40,823 bases of DNA from an uncultured Candidatus Peribacteria bacterium (GTDB lineage Bacteria > Patescibacteriota > Gracilibacteria > Peribacterales > Peribacteraceae), in assembly GCA_964541635.1 (NCBI GenBank), contig CAZIQM010000003.1:1-40823 (forward strand), read 5' to 3'. The notes below the pieces were generated by a model. It saw only the letters and a list, made by a program, of their open reading frames with translations. It ran no database searches and had not been told where the DNA came from. A program made the position numbers and the translations under genes. Position 1 is the stretch's first letter, and each line of letters starts with the position of its first letter. Shown here one piece after another: positions 16,228 through 24,725 of this stretch.

Positions 16228-17331
16228 TCACGCGGGCAGTTCCATCACGCCGCCGCCGACCACTTCCTCGCCCCGGTAGAGCACCAGCGATTGGCCCGGC
16301 GCAAGCGGCGAAACCGGCTCGGAGAACGAGAACGTCGCTTCCGACCCCCGCACGCGGACGGTGCCTTTCAGCCGGGTGCTCAACGACCGGACGCGGCACT
16401 CGAAGGGCTCGTCGACGCCGTCCTCCGGTTTCCACGACACCCAGCGGACGTCCGAGAGCGCGATCGCCCCCACGCGTTCCGTCTCTTTCGGTTCCACGAC
16501 GATTTCGTTGGTCGCCGCGCGCTTCTCGACGACTTCCAGCGGGATTTTCAGCCCGCCGATGCCGAGGCCGCGCCGCTGCCCGACCGTGTAGAGCGGCAGG
16601 CCCTTGTGGGCGCCCACGACGGTGCCGTCGCGGCGCACGATCGTCCCGGGCGAGATCGCGTCCGCGAGGTAGCGCTTCAGGAATTCCTCCGGGTGTTTTT
16701 CCGGGAAGAAACAGAGGTCCATGCTCTCGGAATAGGTCGTTTCCTCGTACGGCACGCCGAAGTCCTTCGCGAGGCCGAAGACGTCCGCCTTCCGCATGGC
16801 CCCGAGCGGGAACAGGACGCGCGAGAGTTGCGCCTGCGTCAGGCCGTAGAGGTAGTAGCTTTGGTCCTTCGTCGCGTCGGCGGCTTCGAGCAGGAGGTGC
16901 CGCGACGCGCCGCCCGCCAGCTCTTCCTTCGCGACGCGCGCGTAATGCCCCGTCGCGATGCGTTCGCAGCCGAGTTCGTCAGCGAGCTCCAGCAGCTTGC
17001 CGAATTTGATGGAGCGGTTGCAGCCGATGCACGGGTTCGGCGTGCGGCCCGCGGCGTATCCTTCCAGGAACGGTTTGACGACGTTTTCGTGGAAGTCGTG
17101 TTCGAGATCGACGATGCGGTAGGGGATCCCGAGCGCGTCTGCGGTCGCCTTCGCGCGCATGGCCGTCTGCGCGTTGCAGCACTTGCTGGGGAGGACTTGG
17201 GCCAAACTCGGCGCGAGGGGATCGCTCCACAGCGTGAAACGCACGCCCACGAGTTCGTGGCCCTCCCGCTTGAGCAGGTGGGCCACGGTCGAGGAGTCGA
17301 TGCCGCCGCTGAGGGCCACGAGGATTTTCAC
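16228..17331 (-). CDS. mnmA: tRNA-specific 2-thiouridylase MnmA
   Basis: GTG start. PP-loop ALSGGIDSS, CCN..., NPCIGCNRSIKF, ATGHYAR, KDQSYYL; C-terminal barrel domain. Confidence 0.92.
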   Translation of the reverse strand: MKILVALSGGIDSSTVAHLLKREGHELVGVRFTLWSDPLAPSLAQVLPSKCCNAQTAMRAKATADALGIPYRIVDLEHDFHENVVKPFLEGYAAGRTPNPCIGCNRSIKFGKLLELADELGCERIATGHYARVAKEELAGGASRHLLLEAADATKDQSYYLYGLTQAQLSRVLFPLGAMRKADVFGLAKDFGVPYEETTYSESMDLCFFPEKHPEEFLKRYLADAISPGTIVRRDGTVVGAHKGLPLYTVGQRRGLGIGGLKIPLEVVEKRAATNEIVVEPKETERVGAIALSDVRWVSWKPEDGVDEPFECRVRSLSTRLKGTVRVRGSEATFSFSEPVSPLAPGQSLVLYRGEEVVGGGVMELPA

Positions 17332-17338
17332 CGAGGCA

Positions 17339-17899
17339 TTATAGCCTATAGGTTTTGCCGCCTTTGTCGGACCATTCGTAGATCAGTTCGGAATCGAGGC
17401 TTATGAACAGTTTTTTCACGGACAGTTGGATCGTATCGGCCACGGCTTCGTCATCATTCGTCATCGTGATCGGACCGATATCGATCAGCCCTTTTACCAG
17501 CATCCGCTTATCGCCTTGTTCACAGCGGAATCCCTCCAAAGGAATGGGGGATTCGTAGATATATTTTTGGCCTGCTTTGAAGACGCGCAGGTTCGTGATG
17601 TCGATCCGATCATCCCTGCAGAGATCCATGTATATTTTGACATCGCCGTTTTCCGCGAACAGCAATCGCGAATTCGCGCCACGGTAGTAGGGTTTGGCGC
17701 CTTCGAGTTCGAAATGCCAATCGAGCTGTACGTCCTCGCCGTCGATGTTCGCTTCGCCGCCGGATACCACCGGTTGGATAGCTGGGAATACGTGGCTCGG
17801 CGAGGTCCTGGGGGCGAAGTGCAGATTGAAAAGGTATGCGATCGGCAACGCGACCAACACGATCCCGGCAGCCGTGTTCATGAATTTGTCGATCGTCAT
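17339..17899 (-). CDS. Small membrane-anchored hypothetical protein (candidate immunity/partner of the upstream giant protein)
   Basis: 186 aa. The ATG overlaps the stop of the upstream gene (ATGA 17896-17899). One N-terminal TM (AAGIVLVALPIAYLF), then a domain of about 150 aa. About 50% GC in my sample counts. Confidence 0.6.
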   Translation of the reverse strand: MTIDKFMNTAAGIVLVALPIAYLFNLHFAPRTSPSHVFPAIQPVVSGGEANIDGEDVQLDWHFELEGAKPYYRGANSRLLFAENGDVKIYMDLCRDDRIDITNLRVFKAGQKYIYESPIPLEGFRCEQGDKRMLVKGLIDIGPITMTNDDEAVADTIQLSVKKLFISLDSELIYEWSDKGGKTYRL

Positions 17900-20800
17900 A
17901 GCTTTTTCGTAAGGAATGAAACCAGTTCGTCGAGCATGAGTTTGGATTGTTCCCTGTCGGAGTCATCGATGCTCAGGTGATGTACCCCGTCGAATGTCAT
18001 TTCCTTTTGGTCTTCGTACGCCCAATTGCGACCGAGGATATAGGTTCCATGGGCGGGTACGCCATGTTTCATGAGCAGGTCGATGTTGTCTATGAGGCTA
18101 CCGTCGTCGAACGGTGTCAGGCCCAGGAGCACACTTTCAGCCACTTGTTCGATCGTGACCGTAGAACTCAACTGATACCTGTTGAAGAGCGCGTCCACCG
18201 ATCCTGCGGCCAGTGCCGGCTGGCTCATGCCCGCGTATCCGAGTTGCACCGCGTCGATCACGCCCAGTTTCACGGGAATGCCCGCGTACGTCGGATTGTT
18301 TTCCAGCTCGCTCGCCATGTCGATGGCGGTGCCTCCACCCCAACTGTACCCCGCCATGTCTATCTCGTTCACAGTTCCGGAATTTGGCGAGATGCCTTGG
18401 TTCTTCAGTCGCTCGAACACCACCTCCAAGGTGAGTTGAATGATGAGGAACGTGTTGTGCAGCAGCGGCTCGAACGCCAGGACGACGCGGAATTGCAGGA
18501 TCTCGTATCCCGCGAGTTTCGATTGCACGTATTCCATGCCTATTTTCTTCACGTCTCCATCGATCGTTTGCAAATGGCCGTCGATCAAGATCACCAATTT
18601 CCCGGGGTGCGTGCCGTTTCCGGGTTGGTACTCCATGAGCCCAGCTTGTTTCATGATTTCGTGCTTCAGGGCGTATTCCTGCCCGGACGCGACGGCTTTC
18701 AGCATCGGGATGACCGGCTGCATGCGGTTGATCGTGAGGTCGGCGAGTGCGTCCACTTTCTCGTTCGCGACGTTCACGACTTCCTGGCCGACATCGTACG
18801 CGACGGTCGCGGCCCATACCGCCTTGCGCTTGATAGCCGTGACTTCGCGGACGAGGGACGCCGACAGGCCCACTATTTTGTCTTCGATCCAGTCATCGAC
18901 TTCTGCGGCGATGAGCTTGTTCACCTCGTTCTCGATGCGCACCCACGGGTTCTCCTCCGGCGGAATCGTCGGGATGTAGGATTCGATGACCTGGTCGAGG
19001 ACGCCCTTGCCCGGTTTGATGAGCGGGACCGTCGACTGGTTCACGTTCGGCTTGAAATCGAGGGGCTCGAGTTCCATCTGCGCGCGACCGAACAAGTGTT
19101 CGAACATTTGGTCGAACGTTCCGAACGAAACGTCCGTCGACGCGATTTGGTACGCGCCGAGGTTCATAAATTCTTCTTCCGTTTTCAGCAGGTGGATGTA
19201 GTGGGCTTTCCCGCGGGCGCTGAGGTACGTGTTCATGAATTGCTCGGGCGAAACTGATGTCGCGATCCGCTCCATCGTTCCCGCGAACTCCCCTTCGCCC
19301 GCGTTCGTCCCTTTGTCCCTGTCGTTCGTCGGATCCTGGTCTGTGTCCGCCATGATCGCGTCCACGGCTTTCTCGTACGTTTCGCGGGCGATCGATTCCA
19401 AGCCCGGGCGCCCGAGCGCTTCGCGCGCGGCCACGATCTGCGGGTGGTTCGACGCCATGAGGGCGTCGACCGCGCGCCGGTTCACCGCGGCCAAGCGGTC
19501 CCGATCCGAGGCCGACGAACCGTCGGGATCGTGGCGCGCGAGTTTCCCGAGGCGGCTGTTCGATTCGGTTTGGCCGCCCGCGAACCGCGTGACGATCGAC
19601 ACGATCGGGCGGTCCGACGTGGCATCGGCGGGTGTGCTCGGCGCGCGCACATTCGCGGAGAGCATCAGCGACTGCCCGCCGCCGATCGACGCGGTGAGCG
19701 TCTTTTGCAACGTGCCGCGTTCAGGCTGGCCCGCGTACCAACCCGCGTACACGTCGAACCACAGGGTGCCTCCGCCCATCGCTTCGTTGCGCACCTGGTA
19801 CTTCACGTTCGCGATGTGCCCGGGCGCGGAGAAGACGGGCGATTCGCCCTCGCGGATTTCCGTCACGCCGGGGAAGACGCCTTCCGTTTGGTGCTGTTCG
19901 TACATCTTGAGCATCGACACGTCGACTGTCTCGGGACCCATGGCTGCCGGGGGCAGCACCGATTCCATCGTCGCGCCTTGCTTGGTGCTCACGGATCCCG
20001 TCGCGCCGACCATCCACGTGCCGAACGAAAGGAGCCGCGGTGCCCCCGGCGCGATCACGACCGTGTTCGGGTCGATCTGTCGCACGTAGCCTTCGGGGAA
20101 CCCGGACGTGGTCACGGTTTCGCGCCCCATGTAATCGACCCCCGTCTTCATGATCGTTCCCACCCACGCGATGCTCCCGGATCCCTTCGTGTAGTTGATG
20201 CGGACCATCGTGTATTGGCTCGGGTCCCGCTCTATGTAAAAACGCTTGTCGCCGTTGCCGCTGGGGCTCGAGAGCAAATTCAGCGTCTTCGCCGCCGCGG
20301 CGACGTTCGTCGCCATCGGCACCGACGGCGCAGCCGCGAGCGCGTAGGACGGCGAGGTGAACTGCGTGAGCGCGTCCGGCGAGGCGTCCTGCATCGAGGC
20401 GAGTACCGAGGCTTCGAGGCCTGTCACCTGGACCGGCGTCCGATCCGACGGGCGGAAGAGCACGTCGGTGAACCCGATGTCGTTCTCGTACGTGAAAACC
20501 CCCGCCGCCGGGACGGGCACCGTCGCGATGATGTCGTTGCCGCGGAACACGGTCGCCGACACCGTCATCGCCGGGTTCGCGGGCGTCACGGTCGCACGCA
20601 CGCCGCGCACCATGCCGTCGAAACCCCGCAGGTTCACGTGATTCGCGTAGCTTTGCAGGTTCGCGCTCGTCGCTTCGGCGCCGACAGGAGCCCTCCAGCC
20701 CGCGTCCGGCGCGGTGAGCGTGATCACGTCCTGGATGAGCGTCCGGATTTCCGGAGGGATGGTGGTATCCGCGGCGGCGACCTGCCTGCCTTCCAACGTT

Positions 20801-20985
20801 TCGTACGAGAGACTGCGCGTGGATCGTTCGGGCATGCGGGGTGGGGGAAGATGCGAGCACATCCAACCCCGATCGGAGGTCGCCGACGCGGCGGTGCTTT
20901 GTCCAGTGCCGCGCGCATGCCCACCGATAGGGCTCGCGGGCGTTCCTTCCGCACGAAGCGCGGCTTGAGAATGTTTTATGGTCAT
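17896..20985 (-). CDS. Giant hypothetical protein (about 1029 aa) with a C-terminal alpha/beta-hydrolase (lipase/esterase-like) module
   Basis: The track ORF (to 21243) is trimmed to ATG 20985 so that it does not run through the divergent gene. A later start (ATG 20835) is possible. In-frame GC3 is consistent throughout. Nucleophile elbow IDMAGYSWGGGTAI (nt 18337-18351). I see no signal peptide. Confidence 0.7.
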   Translation of the reverse strand: MTIKHSQAALRAEGTPASPIGGHARGTGQSTAASATSDRGWMCSHLPPPRMPERSTRSLSYETLEGRQVAAADTTIPPEIRTLIQDVITLTAPDAGWRAPVGAEATSANLQSYANHVNLRGFDGMVRGVRATVTPANPAMTVSATVFRGNDIIATVPVPAAGVFTYENDIGFTDVLFRPSDRTPVQVTGLEASVLASMQDASPDALTQFTSPSYALAAAPSVPMATNVAAAAKTLNLLSSPSGNGDKRFYIERDPSQYTMVRINYTKGSGSIAWVGTIMKTGVDYMGRETVTTSGFPEGYVRQIDPNTVVIAPGAPRLLSFGTWMVGATGSVSTKQGATMESVLPPAAMGPETVDVSMLKMYEQHQTEGVFPGVTEIREGESPVFSAPGHIANVKYQVRNEAMGGGTLWFDVYAGWYAGQPERGTLQKTLTASIGGGQSLMLSANVRAPSTPADATSDRPIVSIVTRFAGGQTESNSRLGKLARHDPDGSSASDRDRLAAVNRRAVDALMASNHPQIVAAREALGRPGLESIARETYEKAVDAIMADTDQDPTNDRDKGTNAGEGEFAGTMERIATSVSPEQFMNTYLSARGKAHYIHLLKTEEEFMNLGAYQIASTDVSFGTFDQMFEHLFGRAQMELEPLDFKPNVNQSTVPLIKPGKGVLDQVIESYIPTIPPEENPWVRIENEVNKLIAAEVDDWIEDKIVGLSASLVREVTAIKRKAVWAATVAYDVGQEVVNVANEKVDALADLTINRMQPVIPMLKAVASGQEYALKHEIMKQAGLMEYQPGNGTHPGKLVILIDGHLQTIDGDVKKIGMEYVQSKLAGYEILQFRVVLAFEPLLHNTFLIIQLTLEVVFERLKNQGISPNSGTVNEIDMAGYSWGGGTAIDMASELENNPTYAGIPVKLGVIDAVQLGYAGMSQPALAAGSVDALFNRYQLSSTVTIEQVAESVLLGLTPFDDGSLIDNIDLLMKHGVPAHGTYILGRNWAYEDQKEMTFDGVHHLSIDDSDREQSKLMLDELVSFLTKKL

Positions 20986-21031
20986 ATTCCGCCGCTTCGA
21001 CCGTCTTCGGAAGCGGTGTACACTCGCCCAT

Positions 21032-22111
21032 ATGCAAAACCCCTCACTCCAGCACTTCATCGCCCACGCCCGCTCGAAGGGCATGGACCACCAGACGATC
21101 CGGATGTTGCTCCTGTCGTCCGGGTGGAAAGAGAAGGACATCGTCGAAGCCCTGACCGAAGCCACGCTCGACATGCCGGTGCCCGCGCCGGAAGACCGTG
21201 GCGGCGCCCGCGAAGCCTTCTTCCACTTGCTCGCCTTCGTCACGCTCTACGCGAGCGTCATCAGCGTGCTGTTCCTGCTGTTTGAATTCCTCAACCGCCT
21301 CTTCCCCGATGCCGCCTTCGACTACACGTACTACGACGATTCGTCGTCCATCCGCTGGTTCATGGCGGTGATCATCGTGTCATTCCCTATCTTCGTGTGG
21401 ATGTCGCGCATCATCCAGCGCGAGATCGCGAAATCGCCGGAGCGCGCATGGAGCCCGGTCCGCCGATGGCTCACGTACCTCACGCTCTTTGTCACGGCCG
21501 GCGTGCTCGTCGGGGACGGGATCACGTTGCTTTTCTATTTGCTCCAGGGCGAAATCACGGTCCGCTTCATCCTGAAGGTGCTCGCGGTCCTCGGCGTCGC
21601 GGGCATGGTGTTCAGTTACTATTTCCTGGCGCTCAAGTCATCCGCGAACCGACTCCAAGCGTCGAAGCTCAACCGCGCGTACGGCGCCCCCGCGTGGGTC
21701 ATCGCGATCGCGGTGGTCGTGTGGGGAATGATCGTGGCCGGAACGCCGATGGAACAACGTTTGGTTCGCCTCGACGAGCGCCGCGTGAACGATATGCGCT
21801 CGATCCAGCAGGAAATCTACAACATCGCGTACGAAGGCTCGGATCGCTATAACAACGGCAAGCCGTACACCAGTTTGCCCCATCCGTTGCCCGCGACCTT
21901 GGACGACGTCGTCGCGAAAGCAGTGAACGTCCGGCCGTCTATCACCGATCCTTCGACCGGAGCGGCGTACGAATACGAACCCAAAGCGACGTCGTTCTCG
22001 CTGTGTGCCACGTTCGACACGGCGCAGGACAAGGATTACGACGTCTTCTGGAACCACCCCCTTGGGCGCCATTGCTTCGTGTTCAACGCGCTGGACCCGA
22101 TGACGAAGTGA
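21032..22111 (+). CDS. Multi-pass membrane protein (DUF5671-like) with an N-terminal helical module and a C-terminal extracytoplasmic domain
   Basis: Start trimmed to ATG 21032. N-terminus [33 protein letters not shown], then about 6 TM segments and a tail of about 110 aa with two Cys. 4 nt upstream of prfA. Confidence 0.6.
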   Translation: MQNPSLQHFIAHARSKGMDHQTIRMLLLSSGWKEKDIVEALTEATLDMPVPAPEDRGGAREAFFHLLAFVTLYASVISVLFLLFEFLNRLFPDAAFDYTYYDDSSSIRWFMAVIIVSFPIFVWMSRIIQREIAKSPERAWSPVRRWLTYLTLFVTAGVLVGDGITLLFYLLQGEITVRFILKVLAVLGVAGMVFSYYFLALKSSANRLQASKLNRAYGAPAWVIAIAVVVWGMIVAGTPMEQRLVRLDERRVNDMRSIQQEIYNIAYEGSDRYNNGKPYTSLPHPLPATLDDVVAKAVNVRPSITDPSTGAAYEYEPKATSFSLCATFDTAQDKDYDVFWNHPLGRHCFVFNALDPMTK

Positions 22112-22115
22112 GCGC

Positions 22116-23165
22116 ATGAAGGACAAGCTCCAGCCGCTCATCGAGGAACACGCGGCCCTGCAACGCTCGTTGCAGGATCCCGTCGTGTACTCGAATCCCG
22201 CCGAGGTCGCGCGCATCGGCAAACGGCTTGCTGAATTGGCGCCGGCGGTCGACGTGCACGACCAACTTACGTCGGCGCAACAATCGCTGATCGATGCCCT
22301 GGACGCGAAGAACGATCCCGCGATGGCCGACATCGCTGCAGAGCAGGAACGCGATGCGAAAGCGGCAATCTCGGGGCTCGAAGCACGTGCTAAAGAGATC
22401 CTGAGCTTCAAGGATCCGCTCGACGCGAAAGACGCGATCCTGGAAGTGCGCGCCGGCACGGGAGGAGAAGAGGCGTCCCTCTTCGCGGCGGAGTTGGTCC
22501 GCATGTATTTGCGCTACGCGGAGCGTAAAGGGTGGAAAGCCACGCTCCTCGACCGTTCCGACGCCGACCAAGGAGGCATCAAGGAAGCGGTGATCCGCAT
22601 CGACGGCCCCGACGCCTACGGGCACCTGCGCTACGAGGGCGGCGTCCACCGGGTGCAGCGCATCCCCGCCACCGAAACGAAGGGCCGCATCCACACCTCG
22701 GCCGCGTCGGTCGCGGCGTTGCCCGTCGCCGAAGAGCAAGACGTCGCGATCCGCAACGAAGACCTGCGTATCGACACGTACCGCAGCGGCGGCGCCGGCG
22801 GCCAGCACGTGAACAAAACGGAGAGCGCCGTCCGCATCACGCACGCCCCGAGCGGGATCGTCGTCGCGTGCCAGACGGAGCGAAGCCAGATCCAAAACCG
22901 CGTCCGCGCGATGGAAATGCTCCGCAGCAAATTGGCGGAGCATGAACGCGAAAAGCGTTCCGCGGCCGAAGGAAACCTCCGCGCGAGCCAGGTGAAATCG
23001 GGCGACCGCAGCGACAAGATCCGCACGTACAACTTCCCGCAGGACCGCCTGACGGACCACCGCCTCGGCGAGAATTTCCACAACCTGCCGGGGATCATGG
23101 AGGGGGACATCGACGACGTCGTCCAGGCGCTCCGGGCATGGGGAGCGTCGTCCGATGATGAATAA
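22116..23165 (+). CDS. prfA: Peptide chain release factor 1
   Basis: GGQ motif [20 protein letters not shown] and the RF1-type PxT tripeptide ([14 protein letters not shown]). Confidence 0.93.
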   Translation: MKDKLQPLIEEHAALQRSLQDPVVYSNPAEVARIGKRLAELAPAVDVHDQLTSAQQSLIDALDAKNDPAMADIAAEQERDAKAAISGLEARAKEILSFKDPLDAKDAILEVRAGTGGEEASLFAAELVRMYLRYAERKGWKATLLDRSDADQGGIKEAVIRIDGPDAYGHLRYEGGVHRVQRIPATETKGRIHTSAASVAALPVAEEQDVAIRNEDLRIDTYRSGGAGGQHVNKTESAVRITHAPSGIVVACQTERSQIQNRVRAMEMLRSKLAEHEREKRSAAEGNLRASQVKSGDRSDKIRTYNFPQDRLTDHRLGENFHNLPGIMEGDIDDVVQALRAWGASSDDE

Positions 23166-23302
23166 AAAATGTATACAGTAAAGAGGGGAGGAATGAAGCG
23201 AAGCATCTGAATCGTTTATTAGATAGTTTTTAGGACCCCTACGTAGGGAAAACCAGTCATCTTGCATCCCGAGGTCAGGGGCGCAAGAGTGACGGGGTCC
23301 CT

Positions 23303-23827
23303 ATGGAACACCCCGTGGCGGTTGCCACAGACATCGCGCCGAATGCCGTCGATCCCGCCAAGGAATCGCCGTCGCTTTCGTCGACGACCGTCCAACGCTG
23401 CACGGACGATTGCAAGCGGTGCGTGGTAAGGGTGATCGCCGAGCGCATGGCGGAGAAAGAAAGGCTCCGGCACGCCGAGGCGTCCGAGTTGCAGGATCGT
23501 TTCGACCGCCAAGCCTTCGGCTTCCTTCGCCCGGGCGACGAACACGTGCGCACGCTGCCGCAGATGGAAGCGTCGCTCCACGAGATCGCGACGAACATCG
23601 CCGGGTGCGACAAGGCGACGGGCGGCGCCCGCCTCATGACGGTGTCGATGCTGGGCGATGCCCGCGCCCACATGAATGAATTGGTGAAGGCGGCACGCGC
23701 GTTGTACATCTCCGACGCGGGCGAGGGAGCGCACCGGGCCGCGCCGAAAGAAGAACCCCCTTTCGTCCCGCCCGTCCCCTGGACGTTCATGCAGCGCTTG
23801 CTGCGTTCGTGGGGGATCAAGATTTGA
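23303..23827 (+). CDS. Hypothetical protein
   Basis: 174 aa. Of the three overlapping ORFs here, this frame has the genome-typical G/C-rich third positions. CxxC pair CTDDCKRC near the N-terminus. I recognise no family. Confidence 0.5.
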   Translation: MEHPVAVATDIAPNAVDPAKESPSLSSTTVQRCTDDCKRCVVRVIAERMAEKERLRHAEASELQDRFDRQAFGFLRPGDEHVRTLPQMEASLHEIATNIAGCDKATGGARLMTVSMLGDARAHMNELVKAARALYISDAGEGAHRAAPKEEPPFVPPVPWTFMQRLLRSWGIKI

Positions 23828-23857
23828 CGCTCGATGCGGACATCGGGATGTGGCCGT

Positions 23858-24709
23858 TCAGGATTCTGCCTCGATTTCCTCCGCTGCATCGACGACGTTG
23901 GAGAGCAGCCACGCCACGGTCAGCGGCCCGACGCCCCCCGGTACCGGTGTGATCGCCGACGCTTTTTTCGACACCGCATCGAAATCGACGTCGCCCGTGA
24001 GTTTACCGTCCACGTGGGTCGTGCCGATGTCGACGACCACCGCGCCGTCCTTCACCATGTCGGCGGTGATGAGTCCCGGTTTGCCGACCGCCGTCACGAG
24101 GATGTCCGCCGTGCGGGTGATGTCAGCGAGGTTTTCCGTTTTGCTGTGGCACACTGTGACCGTCGCGTCGCGATTGAGGAGCATGAGCGCGAGCGGTTTG
24201 CCGACGAGGTTGCTCCGTCCGACCACCACGGCGTGTTTGCCGGCGATCCGGATTTTTTCGCATTCAAGGAGCCACACGACGCCGGCGGCTGTCGCGGGCG
24301 GCAGGAATTCGCCGATGCCGTTGAGAGCCATGTCGCCGAAGTTTTCGGAGGTGAAGCCGTCGACGTCCTTATCGGGGTGGATTCCCGCCGCGATTTGGTC
24401 GAACGCGTCCCAGAGGTGGTCGGGAACCGGCAATTGCACGATGTATCCCGTAACATCGGGATCGCGGTTGAGGCTGTCGAGTTCATCGAGTAACGACACG
24501 AGCGACGTGGATTCGTCGAGCTTCAGATGGCGCGCCTCGATGCCGATTTTCTCAGCGGCCTCGATCTTCTTGCGGATGTACGTCGCGCTCGCGGGATCGT
24601 CCCCAACCTGCACGATCGTGAGGACGGGATTCAGTTCGGCGGCGATCGGCGCCAGCTCGGCAAGGAGCGCGTCGGCGTGGGGTTTGCCGTGGAGGATGCG
24701 TGCGGGCAT
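23858..24709 (-). CDS. folD: Bifunctional methylenetetrahydrofolate dehydrogenase/cyclohydrolase
   Basis: VQVGDDPASATYIRKK, VVVGRSNLVGKPLALMLL, ATVTVCHSKT, PGGVGPLTVAWLL. Confidence 0.93.
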   Translation of the reverse strand: MPARILHGKPHADALLAELAPIAAELNPVLTIVQVGDDPASATYIRKKIEAAEKIGIEARHLKLDESTSLVSLLDELDSLNRDPDVTGYIVQLPVPDHLWDAFDQIAAGIHPDKDVDGFTSENFGDMALNGIGEFLPPATAAGVVWLLECEKIRIAGKHAVVVGRSNLVGKPLALMLLNRDATVTVCHSKTENLADITRTADILVTAVGKPGLITADMVKDGAVVVDIGTTHVDGKLTGDVDFDAVSKKASAITPVPGGVGPLTVAWLLSNVVDAAEEIEAES

Positions 24710-24725
24710 GGGGAGAGTGTAGCGG

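Noticed and set aside
20986-21243. An N-terminal extension of the giant ORF up to 21243, and the extension of the divergent ORF back to 20978.
   Set aside because: The extensions run through each other's coding or promoter regions and translate to atypical basic sequence. I trimmed them to ATG 20985 (possibly 20835) and ATG 21032.
19444-21285. A 613-aa plus-strand ORF and a 438-aa minus-strand alternative-frame ORF (19721..21037) within the giant gene.
   Set aside because: Both are Arg/His/Gly/Pro-rich with no motifs. Only the 17896..20985 frame shows consistent codon bias and a plausible protein sequence.
23219-23889. Minus-strand ORFs 23219..23734 and 23275..23889, competing with the plus-strand hypothetical gene.
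   Set aside because: Third-position G/C enrichment clearly favours the plus-strand frame 23303..23827. The minus-strand translations are Arg/Ala/Ser-rich shadows.
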